From Escherichia phage AV124: a stretch of DNA of 64,000 nt. The notes below the pieces were generated by a model. The model had not been told where the DNA came from. It saw only the letters and a list, made by a program, of their open reading frames with translations, and did not search any database. Both the position numbers and the translations under genes were made by a program. The stretch lies in the sequence record OR352954; one strand, written 5' to 3'. Within the stretch, counting starts at the first letter, position 1, and every line of letters begins with the position of its first letter. Below are positions 18,406 through 27,525 of this stretch, in pieces.

Positions 18406-20436
18406 ATGACCGCAAAATATGAAACCGTACCTTATGCTGACTTCGTAAAAGCTCTGAAAGCTCAGTTCGCTGTCATGCAAGCGCTGGGTGCGCTTTACAC
18501 GGTCGATGTACCGAAAGATGAACTGTACGACCTGTACCTTGATTCTTTCCCGGAAGGCACCAACCTGATGTATAAAGAGCGCCGTGAATACGACTGCAAC
18601 TGCTGCAAGAGCTACATCCGTACTCTGGGCCGCGTAGTTGCTATTCACAACGGCAAGCTGGTATCTATTTGGGACGTTAAAGTTGGTGGTTATTACCAAG
18701 TAGTTGCCGATGCGATGAAAGCGCGTGTTGAAAGCTCCGAGATCCGCGATCGCTTCTTCCACTTCGAAGGCCGCGTTGGTACTGAGAGCAACGTAGTTCT
18801 CCTGGAAAATGGGAAAACCAAAACCTGGACCCACTTCCATCAGGCCCTGCCTCGCGAACTGGTTAAACGTGGTGAAGATATCCCTTCTGCCCTGGGTGAG
18901 TACCGTGACAACGCAACTGTGCTGGCACGTTCTCTGAAAGATATCGATATGGACTCTGCCGAAACGGTAATGGACCTGATCAACCAAGGCTCTCTGTACC
19001 GTGGTGATGAGAAAAAGCACATTGTTGCTGCCTTTATTAAGGCGAAACGTGCATACGACAAAACGCCGGAAGACCAGCGAATGAACTTCTGCTGGAAACA
19101 AAGTGAAACGCTGGGTAGACTGGGTCGCTTCCGTAATGATGTCATCGGAACACTGATGAGCGATCTGGCAGAAGGTGTTGATCTTGAAGCCGCAGTGAAG
19201 TCCTTTGAAGACAAAGTCTCAGGGACCAACTACAAACGTACTACTGCTCTGGTAACTCCGGGCATGATCAAGGCAGCACAAGAGAAAGTTGAAGCCCTCG
19301 GCTTGACTGAATCTCTGGCACGTCGCTTTGCGGTGACCTCTGACCTGACGATCAACAACGTGTTGTTTGCTGACCGTTCTGCAAAGGCCCAAATGAACGT
19401 ATTCGAGCAACTGGCAGCGTCAACCAAAAACGCGCCTAAGTCACTGTCGAAAGTGGAAGAGATCAGCATTGAGGATTTCATCAACAACGTTCTACCGAAA
19501 GCGGACACTATCGAAGCGCTGGTTGAAGGTCGTCTGACACCGAACCTGATGAGCTTGGTTGCCCCGGCAAACGCAGGTGCTCCTAACCTGTTCAAATGGG
19601 ATAACGGCTTCTCCTGGTCGTATAATGGCGAAGTAACTGACTCCATCAAGGAGCGTGTGAAAGCCGCTGGCGGCAGCGTGACTGGTGACCTGCGTGTTTC
19701 GTTGTCTTGGTACAACAGTGATGACCTCGACCTGCACGTATTCGAGCCTGGTGGCGGTCAAATTTACTTCGGTAACAAACGTGGTCGCTCAACGGGTACG
19801 CTGGATGTGGATATGAATGCCTATGGCAAGTCAGACGCACACCATCCGGTTGAGAACGTTACGTGGGAAAATGAGCGTAATATCACGGAAGGTGTTTACA
19901 AGGTTGTTGTTAACAACTATAATAAGCGCATGACTGATCGCGTTGGCTTCGAAGTCCAGATGGAATACAAAGGCCAAGTGTTCAACTTCGCATACCCGCA
20001 AGCTTTGGGTAATAGCAAGAGCCAGACCGTTGTAACATTTAAGTATTCTCGTGCGAAAGGTGTTGAAATTGTAGACAGCATCGGGCATACTAAGCAATCT
20101 AAAGAAGTGTGGGGCGTCTCTACCGAGACCTTCCAGAAAGTTTCTCTGGTGCTAAATTCTCCTAACTTCTGGGATGGTCAGACCAAAGGTAACAAACACT
20201 ACTTCTTTATGCTGGAAGGTTGCATTAACCCTGACGATACTCGTGGCTTCTACAATGAGTATCTGCGTGACGAGCTGCATGAGCATCGTAAAGTGTTCGA
20301 AGTGTTGGGTTCCAAGCTCAAAGCTGAACACTCCGCTGATCAACTGAGCGGCCTGGGCTTCTCGTCTACCCAGCGTAATGAGTTGGTTGTGAAGGTGACT
20401 GGTTCTTTCAACCGCACCCTGAAGATTAAGTTCTAA
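18406..20436 (+). CDS. large hypothetical protein (676 aa), unknown family; E. coli-optimal codon usage
   Basis: ATG 18406 after AGGAGA SD; strong CTG/CGT/GGT/AAA codon bias unlike neighbouring phage genes; no P-loop or recognisable catalytic motif found. Confidence 0.6.
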   Translation: MTAKYETVPYADFVKALKAQFAVMQALGALYTVDVPKDELYDLYLDSFPEGTNLMYKERREYDCNCCKSYIRTLGRVVAIHNGKLVSIWDVKVGGYYQVVADAMKARVESSEIRDRFFHFEGRVGTESNVVLLENGKTKTWTHFHQALPRELVKRGEDIPSALGEYRDNATVLARSLKDIDMDSAETVMDLINQGSLYRGDEKKHIVAAFIKAKRAYDKTPEDQRMNFCWKQSETLGRLGRFRNDVIGTLMSDLAEGVDLEAAVKSFEDKVSGTNYKRTTALVTPGMIKAAQEKVEALGLTESLARRFAVTSDLTINNVLFADRSAKAQMNVFEQLAASTKNAPKSLSKVEEISIEDFINNVLPKADTIEALVEGRLTPNLMSLVAPANAGAPNLFKWDNGFSWSYNGEVTDSIKERVKAAGGSVTGDLRVSLSWYNSDDLDLHVFEPGGGQIYFGNKRGRSTGTLDVDMNAYGKSDAHHPVENVTWENERNITEGVYKVVVNNYNKRMTDRVGFEVQMEYKGQVFNFAYPQALGNSKSQTVVTFKYSRAKGVEIVDSIGHTKQSKEVWGVSTETFQKVSLVLNSPNFWDGQTKGNKHYFFMLEGCINPDDTRGFYNEYLRDELHEHRKVFEVLGSKLKAEHSADQLSGLGFSSTQRNELVVKVTGSFNRTLKIKF

Positions 20437-20442
20437 TTAAAC

Positions 20443-20458
20443 AGCCCCTTCGGGGGCT
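20443..20458 (+). terminator. stem-loop (AGCCCC-TTCG-GGGGCT) after 676-aa gene; weak U-tract
   Basis: Perfect 6-bp stem with TTCG tetraloop 7 nt after stop. Confidence 0.3.
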
Positions 20459-20486
20459 AATATTGAAATCATAGAGGAGATAAAAG

Positions 20487-20882
20487 ATGACCACTACTAA
20501 CCTGTTCGAAGTTGCCACCCGTAAAAAACTGCGTTTTGCAAGTCCGAAAGGTCTACTGACCACAGAAGATCTGTGGGATCTGCCGATGACTGGTAATACC
20601 AGCCTAGATACGGTTTCCAAACTGGCTAACCGTGATGTGAAAGCATCTGCTGAAGAAAGTTTCGTTGTCGAGGCCAGTGCTGTAAATGGCGAAGCAAACC
20701 TGAAGCTGGATATCCTGAAGTACATCATCTCGGTGCGTAAAGCGGAGATCGCGGATCGCCAGGCAGCGAAAGAGAAGGTTGAGCGTAAGCGTAAACTTCT
20801 GGACCTGCTGGCAGAGAAGGATAACGAGAAAGATGCAGCGATGACTCGTGAAGAAATCCTGAAAGAGCTGGAATCTCTGTAA
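20487..20882 (+). CDS. hypothetical protein (131 aa, C-terminal charged coiled-coil-like region)
   Basis: ORF track; GAGGAG SD upstream; same host-like codon usage as upstream gene. Confidence 0.5.
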   Translation: MTTTNLFEVATRKKLRFASPKGLLTTEDLWDLPMTGNTSLDTVSKLANRDVKASAEESFVVEASAVNGEANLKLDILKYIISVRKAEIADRQAAKEKVERKRKLLDLLAEKDNEKDAAMTREEILKELESL

Positions 20883-20892
20883 TCTGCCCGCC

Positions 20893-20913
20893 AAGGCCCT
20901 TCGGGGCCTTTTT
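20893..20913 (+). terminator. intrinsic terminator
   Basis: AAGGCCC-TTCG-GGGCCTT hairpin followed by TTTTT. Confidence 0.6.
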
Positions 20914-20927
20914 GCATTGGAGAAAAA

Positions 20928-21287
20928 ATGAAAGTAACTGGCAAACAAACTGTTGTACAGAACGTGGAAGTAGATATCTCTGATGAAGAGATCATGAATA
21001 TTGTCAAGGCACAAACACCAGACTACCTCGCAGATGTCCTCACCAAAGAACTGCTGAGGAACTTCATCTATAGCTTGCCAGCAGATTTTACTGGTGAGCG
21101 GGCCGTGTGGGAAACACGTAAAAGAGGATATGAACCGTTTCTTGTACTTGTCCATGTAGACGCTTGGTGGGACTACCACAACAATGTTGGTGTGGATGAA
21201 GAAGTCAGACCGCTCACCGAAGAAGAAACGGCAAAATATAATATGATTTGCGGTTTGCGGGACTACATTAAGCATCTGCAAAAATAA
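20928..21287 (+). CDS. hypothetical protein
   Basis: ORF track, 119 aa. Confidence 0.45.
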   Translation: MKVTGKQTVVQNVEVDISDEEIMNIVKAQTPDYLADVLTKELLRNFIYSLPADFTGERAVWETRKRGYEPFLVLVHVDAWWDYHNNVGVDEEVRPLTEEETAKYNMICGLRDYIKHLQK

Positions 21288-21355
21288 TTCAAAAGCCTCT
21301 TGACTTCATGGTTGAGGGGCTTTATTGTTATGGAAGCTAAATAACCTGGGGGGTG

Positions 21356-21523
21356 TATGTTAGAGGCAATCAATTATTTCTTTTTAGTTCTGGCAGCAGT
21401 GGCCTGTGTTTCTTGTGCCTTCGGTGCTGTCTTTTCAAAAGATGAAACACACCGTACGGTGTACGTGCTTTGTGCAGTCATCAACGCCGCTTTTACGGTG
21501 CATCTCTGGAGTATCGCCCTATG
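21356..21523 (+). CDS. small membrane protein (55 aa)
   Basis: ATG 21356, hydrophobic 'FFLVLAAVACVSCAFGAVF'; below the 60-aa track cutoff. Confidence 0.3.
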
Positions 21524-21715
21524 AAGCTTTCACATTTTATTTATGCTGTGTTAGGCCTTATGGCCCTGACCATGCTGACAACGTTGGGGCTTTCATTTAC
21601 AGCAGGTCATGAGCAACAAACAAAAGAAATTTTGGGCGCAGGTTTCGGTATGTTCATGCTTGAATTCTTCCTGCTTCTTTTGGGAGGCGTGATTGTGGAT
21701 ACTTCCGGCTGGTAA
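21520..21715 (+). CDS. small membrane protein (65 aa)
   Basis: ATG 21520 overlapping upstream stop; two hydrophobic segments. Confidence 0.35.
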
Positions 21716-21725
21716 GGAGAAATAA

Positions 21726-21932
21726 ATGCGTGGATTTATGCCTTTGGTGAAACCTTTAGTAATCGTTGGAATAATTGTGGTAGTGGCGCTTTTTATTGTT
21801 GACACAGCAGATACCGTCACTCATAATTGTAAGCCTAACGGTGAGCAACGCCTTGCAAACAGTGCGGATGGCATTGTCGTTGAGAACAAACTGATCTGCG
21901 ACGGTGGTCGCGTGAAGTGGTCTCGCTACTAA
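21726..21932 (+). CDS. small membrane-anchored protein
   Basis: ORF track; 'LVKPLVIVGIIVVVALFIV' TM segment. Confidence 0.35.
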   Translation: MRGFMPLVKPLVIVGIIVVVALFIVDTADTVTHNCKPNGEQRLANSADGIVVENKLICDGGRVKWSRY

Positions 21933-21967
21933 ATCCTGACTAAATAATCTCAAGAGGAGAAAAACAA

Positions 21968-23056
21968 ATGACGATTACTCGCGGCCTTATCTTCGGGAAG
22001 TTTGCACCCCTGACCAACGGGCATATTGAATTCATTCGCCAGGCGGCTTCGCAGGTTAGTGCTCTGTACCTGTTCCTGTCATATGATCAGAAATTCGTTG
22101 ATGCACAACCAGAATGGATTCGTCCAAAGCTGGGGCTTGCTGATCGTTATCGTGACCTGCTGGATGTTATTGCCGATGAGGGACTTGACAACGTGAAGGT
22201 AGACTACGTTGATGAGTCGAATATCCCAGGATACCCTGAAGGCAGTGCTGCCTATGCAAAACTGATCCGTGAAAAGCAACCGTTCGTTAAGTACGATTTT
22301 GCTTTCTCTTCTGAGCCGGAGTATGAGTCTTACTTCAGTGAGTTCTTCCCTGAAGCGAAGCATGTAGTTATCGACGCAGAACGTAAAGCTGTTCCTATCT
22401 CAGCCACGATGATCCGTAATGATCCGTACAACAACTTCTACAACCTAGCGTGGCCTGCACGTAAGCGCTTCATGAAGAAGGTTGCCATCATTGGTGTTGA
22501 GAGTACGGGCAAGACAACCCTGACAAAACATCTGGCGCATACCTTCGGTGCTGGTTGGATTCCTGAGATCGGACGGCTTATCTGTGAGCGTGAATATCAC
22601 TCCAGTGAGTTCGCAATGTCTCGTGAAGACTACCTGCGTATCGCTATGGAGCACCGCCTGAAGGAGATGGAGTTGGCTGGTTGGGGTGATCGTGGGGTTA
22701 TGTTCTCTGACACCACAAACCTGATCACACACTTCTCTGGTGTTTGTGCTGATAAGATCGACTACGCAGACCTGTTGTTCCGGACACTAAGCCGTGAAGA
22801 GAGCTACAACTTCTATGACCTGTTCCTGCTCCTCACACCAGAGGTTCCGTGGGTTGCTGATCCTCTTCGCTTGCAGGATACACCAGAGAAACGTAAAGAA
22901 ACCCATTCTTTGCTTGACACAATGATCAGAGCATCTTACGATACAAGCAAGGTGGTGGTTATCTCCGGCAGTGATTACGAAGAGCGTACTCAGAGAGCTG
23001 AAGAAGCTGTCCGTAAATTGCTGAATATCAAAGGAGAACAAGATGGATCAAACTAA
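21968..23056 (+). CDS. nadR: bifunctional NMN adenylyltransferase / ribosylnicotinamide kinase, NadR-like (no N-terminal HTH domain)
   Basis: NMNAT motif 'GLIFGKFAPLTNGHIEFI' (cf. NadR 'FGKF.PLH.GH'); kinase P-loop 'VAIIGVESTGKTTL'. Confidence 0.8.
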   Translation: MTITRGLIFGKFAPLTNGHIEFIRQAASQVSALYLFLSYDQKFVDAQPEWIRPKLGLADRYRDLLDVIADEGLDNVKVDYVDESNIPGYPEGSAAYAKLIREKQPFVKYDFAFSSEPEYESYFSEFFPEAKHVVIDAERKAVPISATMIRNDPYNNFYNLAWPARKRFMKKVAIIGVESTGKTTLTKHLAHTFGAGWIPEIGRLICEREYHSSEFAMSREDYLRIAMEHRLKEMELAGWGDRGVMFSDTTNLITHFSGVCADKIDYADLLFRTLSREESYNFYDLFLLLTPEVPWVADPLRLQDTPEKRKETHSLLDTMIRASYDTSKVVVISGSDYEERTQRAEEAVRKLLNIKGEQDGSN

Positions 23057-23468
23057 TCTGGCAATTCTTCAGTTCTTGAAAGAGGATTTGGAGAGAACCG
23101 AGGCATGGACTTTCCACTATGTTATTGAGGAGGCCTTAGACCTCAGTCCGATGGTGGTGGACATCTCCCTCACGCAACTGGAGCAGGGTAAGATGATCAC
23201 TCGCTGCCTGTGTGGTTGCAATGGCATTATGATTGCCCCTGGTGGGTATGAGGTGCTTCCAAAGCCTGAAAAGAAAGAGCAGATTCTGGTCTGGAAAACA
23301 GCACAAGGAGATGTTGTCAGGTTGACTCATATGGCAGATGATCATCTCCGTAACGCGATGGTATGGCTTCTGGAGCAGCCCTATTTGAGCGAAGAATACG
23401 AAGGTGTTGGTATAACGACATGGCTCAAGGAGATGTCAATTGAACTGCACAGGAGATTTTCACTATAA
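23043..23468 (+). CDS. hypothetical protein (possible winged-helix N-terminus)
   Basis: ORF track, 141 aa. Confidence 0.35.
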   Translation: MDQTNLAILQFLKEDLERTEAWTFHYVIEEALDLSPMVVDISLTQLEQGKMITRCLCGCNGIMIAPGGYEVLPKPEKKEQILVWKTAQGDVVRLTHMADDHLRNAMVWLLEQPYLSEEYEGVGITTWLKEMSIELHRRFSL

Positions 23469-23662
23469 TGGCGATCAAAGTAATCTCCGAAGGTACTCCG
23501 TTTACGGCAACGTGTAAGAGTTGCAGGTCTGTGGTTGAATACAATTACACGGATACCTATGTATATTCCTACACTGTTGCTCGTGGAATGCGGGTAGGTC
23601 ATGGTGCGTACCGCTGCATCACCTGTCCTGTGTGCTCATCAAGGATCAGGCATAATGGCTAA
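23468..23662 (+). CDS. small zinc-ribbon protein
   Basis: 'CKSCRS' ... 'CITCPVC' Cys pairs. Confidence 0.35.
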   Translation: MAIKVISEGTPFTATCKSCRSVVEYNYTDTYVYSYTVARGMRVGHGAYRCITCPVCSSRIRHNG

Positions 23663-24008
23663 GGTGCTCAACTTCTACCACATTGGTAAAGTGATCCCTG
23701 AAAATGCCGAATACATGGGGCGAGCAATGCCCCATCTAGGCCTGAAGCAATCTAAATTCGCTAACCCATATAAGTTGTCGAAGGATGAGCCTCGTGGAGC
23801 CACCATTGAGCGCTATCGCGTGTGGTTGTGGCAACAGATCCGTTCTGGGAAAATTACTATTCAAGATCTTCTTGACTTGGATGGTAAAGACCTTGTATGC
23901 TTCTGTAAACAGCCGAACAAAGAGGTGGCATGTCATTGTGATGTGATACTTGCGGCAATCGAATGGGCAAAACAGAGGAAGACAAATGGCAATTCATGCA
24001 AAAAGTAA
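23655..24008 (+). CDS. DUF4326-family protein
   Basis: 'YMGRAMP...SKFANPYKL...IERYRVWL...LDGKDLVCFCK...CHCDVIL' matches my recollection of the DUF4326 pattern. Confidence 0.5.
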   Translation: MAKVLNFYHIGKVIPENAEYMGRAMPHLGLKQSKFANPYKLSKDEPRGATIERYRVWLWQQIRSGKITIQDLLDLDGKDLVCFCKQPNKEVACHCDVILAAIEWAKQRKTNGNSCKK

Positions 24009-24222
24009 TGGTCTGCTGATCGGCGGTAAGATCATCGAGGAGACACTGACAGGCTGGGTTTTCCAGGCAATGGATAACAAAGGTACTAATTTTGTGTTCA
24101 AGTCAGATGAGAAGAACCAAGTTTTTGACGGACCGAATGCTGTTGACGAAGCAATGGCTTGGCAAACTAAAGTCCGGGCAGAAATGAAAAATAAAAAGAG
24201 AAAGGGGCGCAAAAATGGCTAA
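23986..24222 (+). CDS. hypothetical protein
   Basis: ATG 23986 with GAGGA SD inside track ORF 23950..24222. Confidence 0.3.
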   Translation: MAIHAKSNGLLIGGKIIEETLTGWVFQAMDNKGTNFVFKSDEKNQVFDGPNAVDEAMAWQTKVRAEMKNKKRKGRKNG

Positions 24223-24475
24223 AGATACATGGGAAGTATTTCAGGATGACGACGAAATAAAGGTCATTGTCTCAGGCTCTCTTGAGGTAGGTGCCGGGTG
24301 GCGATCTTACAGCGACGTGTGTTCAGAGATTAATAACCTTGATGATGCAAAACTCATTGCCGCAGCACCTGAATTGCTTGACGCGGTTCTGGATCTGAAG
24401 TATAAGTTATACGGTAACGGCGCAGCAAGTCCTAAAATCGAGGCACTGTTGAAACGCTTGGAGAGAATTACATGA
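24215..24475 (+). CDS. hypothetical protein
   Basis: ORF track; 'LIAAAPELLDAV' motif common in small phage early proteins. Confidence 0.35.
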   Translation: MAKDTWEVFQDDDEIKVIVSGSLEVGAGWRSYSDVCSEINNLDDAKLIAAAPELLDAVLDLKYKLYGNGAASPKIEALLKRLERIT

Positions 24476-24702
24476 ACAAATACTACTTCGCCTTCGGAAT
24501 GAACCAAGAAACGAAGGATGGTATGTCTCTCGGTAATTACTACGTCTGCATCGAAGCCAAACACCATTACGATGCCAGATTTGAGATGTTCGATGCTCGT
24601 GGCAGTTCTTGGTCTTTTTGCTACACAGAAGAAGAATTTGCTGGACAACCAGAAAAATATGGATTAAAGTCTATTTCGTTAGACGAAGTTCGTATCCGAT
24701 AA
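24472..24702 (+). CDS. hypothetical protein
   Basis: ORF track, 76 aa. Confidence 0.35.
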   Translation: MNKYYFAFGMNQETKDGMSLGNYYVCIEAKHHYDARFEMFDARGSSWSFCYTEEEFAGQPEKYGLKSISLDEVRIR

Positions 24703-24722
24703 ACAATAGGAGAAAAGATTAC

Positions 24723-25424
24723 ATGATGAATCTATACGTAAAAACAACCTGGACAGACTTCTATGGTTGGACAAAACTCGAATACCTTTGGCTTCTAATC
24801 TGTTCTGCATCCATTGCAACGGTCTCTATCGTTACAGGTGGTACGGTGGTGGAGTTTATTTCCTCCGTCACAGGCATCGTCGGTGCGATTCTGGTTGCGA
24901 AAGGTAAACTTTCCAGCTACTATTGGGGCTTCATTGCCACGGTTCTGTATGCATATATCTCTTTCACGTACAAGTTGTACGGTGAGACGATTATGTACAC
25001 CCTGTTGTTCACCCCCATGCAGGTCATTGGCGGGGTGATCTGGGCGCGTAAGTTAACCGTCTCTGCGGATGGTGAGCGTGCGGATGTCATAAAGAAATAT
25101 CTGACCACAAAACAGCGCTGGATTGTTGGTATCGGGACATTGGTGACGATCGGATTATACGCCGAGTTCGTTAGCCTATTGAAAGGAAGTATGCCGGGTC
25201 TAGATTCTGCGACAGCAATCCTGTCAGTTCTAGCAACCTACCTGATGATGGTTCGTTATGCAGAACAATGGCTGATTTGGCTACTGGTGAACACTGTTGC
25301 AATTGTTATGTGGGTACAAGCTACGATTCATCATCAAGGAGCTGGTTCTGCAATTTTGGCTATGTGGGTCACATTCTGGCTCAACTCTCTTTATGGTTGG
25401 TATAAGTGGAGAAAGAATGGCTAG
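24723..25424 (+). CDS. pnuC: nicotinamide riboside transporter PnuC-like
   Basis: ATG 24723 after AGGAG; polytopic membrane protein ~233 aa with PnuC-like C-terminal 'WLNSLYGWYKW'. Confidence 0.7.
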   Translation: MMNLYVKTTWTDFYGWTKLEYLWLLICSASIATVSIVTGGTVVEFISSVTGIVGAILVAKGKLSSYYWGFIATVLYAYISFTYKLYGETIMYTLLFTPMQVIGGVIWARKLTVSADGERADVIKKYLTTKQRWIVGIGTLVTIGLYAEFVSLLKGSMPGLDSATAILSVLATYLMMVRYAEQWLIWLLVNTVAIVMWVQATIHHQGAGSAILAMWVTFWLNSLYGWYKWRKNG

Positions 25425-25538
25425 AAAACTAGTGTACGGGGTGGGCGAGTGATTCAACGCTTTACGGAAGTTCTAGACGGTATACTGGAAGACATTTCAA
25501 ATTTACGTGAAACAACCAATTTTGGAGGGGGGTAATAT

Positions 25539-25910
25539 ATGATTGGATTTTGGGAATGGTTGACCATGCACAACAACTGGGTTCCTGGCGTTATCATGTA
25601 TGCAATGATGTTGCTATGGGCTTTGGTCATCGCTTTCCGTAGTACGTGGAAAGGGTATGTTGTTGCAATCGTCTTGATGGCTGGTGTTGGTGGTACACTG
25701 TTTAACTTCCTCAGCACATACCTTGACGGTTATGGAATGTATCAGCGCCATTATACTACTTGCGCAAAGCCAGAGGCTGTGGTATCATTCTATGTGTTTG
25801 ATGCAAAGAAAGAGCGCTGTTATAAACCTGTTGTTGGATTTGCACCTGTTGATGATAATCAGGTAAAGACTCTGACACCGAAACAAATGGAGACTGGAGA
25901 ATGGCTTTAA
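25539..25910 (+). CDS. membrane protein, unknown function
   Basis: ORF track; 2-3 hydrophobic helices. Confidence 0.4.
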   Translation: MIGFWEWLTMHNNWVPGVIMYAMMLLWALVIAFRSTWKGYVVAIVLMAGVGGTLFNFLSTYLDGYGMYQRHYTTCAKPEAVVSFYVFDAKKERCYKPVVGFAPVDDNQVKTLTPKQMETGEWL

Positions 25911-26185
25911 CTCGTGAAGAACGCACAGGTGCCAAGTTTGTCGAGATGTATGAAGCAAGCTTAGGGGACAATCCTAATCTGGAAGAACAGTTAGTTCTCT
26001 CATATTTCAAGAAAAATGTAGAGGACCTGCCCGTGGACTTGTCTGATCCAACAAGTTTCCACAAAGCATTCCGGCAGGTTGACATCTGCCGTAAAGGTTA
26101 TCAAGACATGGTGATTTGGTCCCTGATGTCTGGTGGAGAATTAAATACAATCTGGAAAGTTTTGGAGGAATTTTATGCTAATTGA
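25901..26185 (+). CDS. hypothetical protein
   Basis: ORF track. Confidence 0.35.
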   Translation: MALTREERTGAKFVEMYEASLGDNPNLEEQLVLSYFKKNVEDLPVDLSDPTSFHKAFRQVDICRKGYQDMVIWSLMSGGELNTIWKVLEEFYAN

Positions 26186-26477
26186 TGAACTTGGTGTTAG
26201 TGGCCTTGTCCCAGATGCTTGGGCAGAGGCATATGGTAAGCCACAAGCTGATCCTCATTCTGTTTTCGCAGAGCTGCTTGGTGTAACACGACAACAAGCG
26301 AAGGTAATCAATTATGAGTATATGTACTCTGAAGAGGCCAAGCATGTTCGGGCGATCAAACTGTGGCATCTGGCGGGAAAAGAAACTCGGTATGTTTACC
26401 GGAAGCTTGCTAACCTCTTGTTGGAGAATGGGGTTATTGTTCCTCCACTGAGAGAAATTCTTGAAGAGATGGATTGA
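26175..26477 (+). CDS. hypothetical protein
   Basis: ORF track. Confidence 0.35.
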   Translation: MLIDELGVSGLVPDAWAEAYGKPQADPHSVFAELLGVTRQQAKVINYEYMYSEEAKHVRAIKLWHLAGKETRYVYRKLANLLLENGVIVPPLREILEEMD

Positions 26478-26478
26478 A

Positions 26479-26883
26479 ATGACTAAAATCCGAAAATTTT
26501 TCAAATGGTTATTGGGGTTATTCAGTACAACAACGGTCGTATCTATAGGGAAAGGAAACAGCACTTTTGTTAGCCAAACAACCAAGGTGACCACAATATC
26601 TTCTGAAGAGCTTAATGAGATGCTCAACAAAGCCTTTCGTCAAGCAAGACAAAATAGTGAGCGTAGATTGAAAATGTCACCCCCAACGCCACCTTCACCG
26701 CCTAAAAGACGTGTGGTCGTGGAGGATGGCGGTTATCGCCGGAGAAATGATGATGCGGCGATCATCAATACAACCACGATTAGTGATACGTATACCCATC
26801 ATACGCCAAGTCACTCGTCAAGTAGTCATGACTCGTATTCCTCCTGTGATTCGAGTTCATCATTTTCAGGTAGTTGTGATTAA
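26479..26883 (+). CDS. hypothetical membrane-anchored protein with Ser/His-rich low-complexity C-terminus
   Basis: ATG 26479; 'FFKWLLGLFSTTTVV' TM; C-terminal 'HHTPSHSSSSHDSYSSCDSSSSFSGSCD'. Confidence 0.35.
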   Translation: MTKIRKFFKWLLGLFSTTTVVSIGKGNSTFVSQTTKVTTISSEELNEMLNKAFRQARQNSERRLKMSPPTPPSPPKRRVVVEDGGYRRRNDDAAIINTTTISDTYTHHTPSHSSSSHDSYSSCDSSSSFSGSCD

Positions 26884-26892
26884 GGAGATAAA

Positions 26893-27114
26893 ATGAAAAT
26901 TGGTTTCTTAGGTCTTTTGGCGTTGGTATTTATCACGCTTAAACTGTGCGGCGTGATCGCCTGGTCTTGGTGGCTTGTTCTACTGCCGCTCTACTTCGGG
27001 TTGGCACTTGTTGTTAGTTTCGGGGTGGTTTTTGTTCTCGGAGCTTTCGGTGTATTCGCTGCTTCTGCGCTTATTGAAAAACTCAAATTCTGGAATAAAA
27101 AATCTGGAAAATAA
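26893..27114 (+). CDS. small two-helix membrane protein
   Basis: ORF track; mostly hydrophobic 73 aa. Confidence 0.35.
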   Translation: MKIGFLGLLALVFITLKLCGVIAWSWWLVLLPLYFGLALVVSFGVVFVLGAFGVFAASALIEKLKFWNKKSGK

Positions 27115-27170
27115 TTATTGACATAACGAGTGTAAAGGGGTAAGATACCCCTTCACTCATAAATGGAGGA

Positions 27171-27512
27171 TTGATGACTGAAGAAGTAACCCCTACCAAC
27201 GAAGCACGATTCCTTGGACTAGACCCCAATCAGTTCGGAACTGTGGTCTTCCTCTCAAGTGCCAGCGTTCAGATGGCTGACCATATCAATTCTGAACCCG
27301 TCAGAAAAGAAATGGAACGTTTAATCAGTGAAGGCAAACACGAAACTATCGAAACGGCGTTGGCCTGGGTTCGTGGTCAGCGTAATGCTGTGATGCAACT
27401 GAGCGGAGCTTCAACCTTCGCGCAAAACCTTTTGGCGCAAGTTGAAGATATGTTGGTTGATCAACTTCTTGCTGTACCAGTTACACAAGCCGTTGAAGAA
27501 AAATCTGAGTAA
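27171..27512 (+). CDS. hypothetical protein
   Basis: ORF track, 113 aa. Confidence 0.4.
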   Translation: MMTEEVTPTNEARFLGLDPNQFGTVVFLSSASVQMADHINSEPVRKEMERLISEGKHETIETALAWVRGQRNAVMQLSGASTFAQNLLAQVEDMLVDQLLAVPVTQAVEEKSE

Positions 27513-27525
27513 TAAAGGAGAGAAG

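Noticed and set aside
18406-20436. 676-aa protein as NAMPT, NAD synthetase, DNA ligase, Alt-like ADP-ribosyltransferase or phage-nucleus shell protein
   Set aside because: None of the expected motifs were found (phosphoribosyltransferase RxDSGD-type, PP-loop SGGxDS, ligase KxDG, P-loop) and the genome context does not fit a nucleus-forming phage; left as unknown.
21290-21330. Possible terminator hairpin after the 119-aa gene (AGCCTCT...GAGGGGCTT)
   Set aside because: Stem is imperfect with a long loop and weak U-tract; not convincing enough to list.
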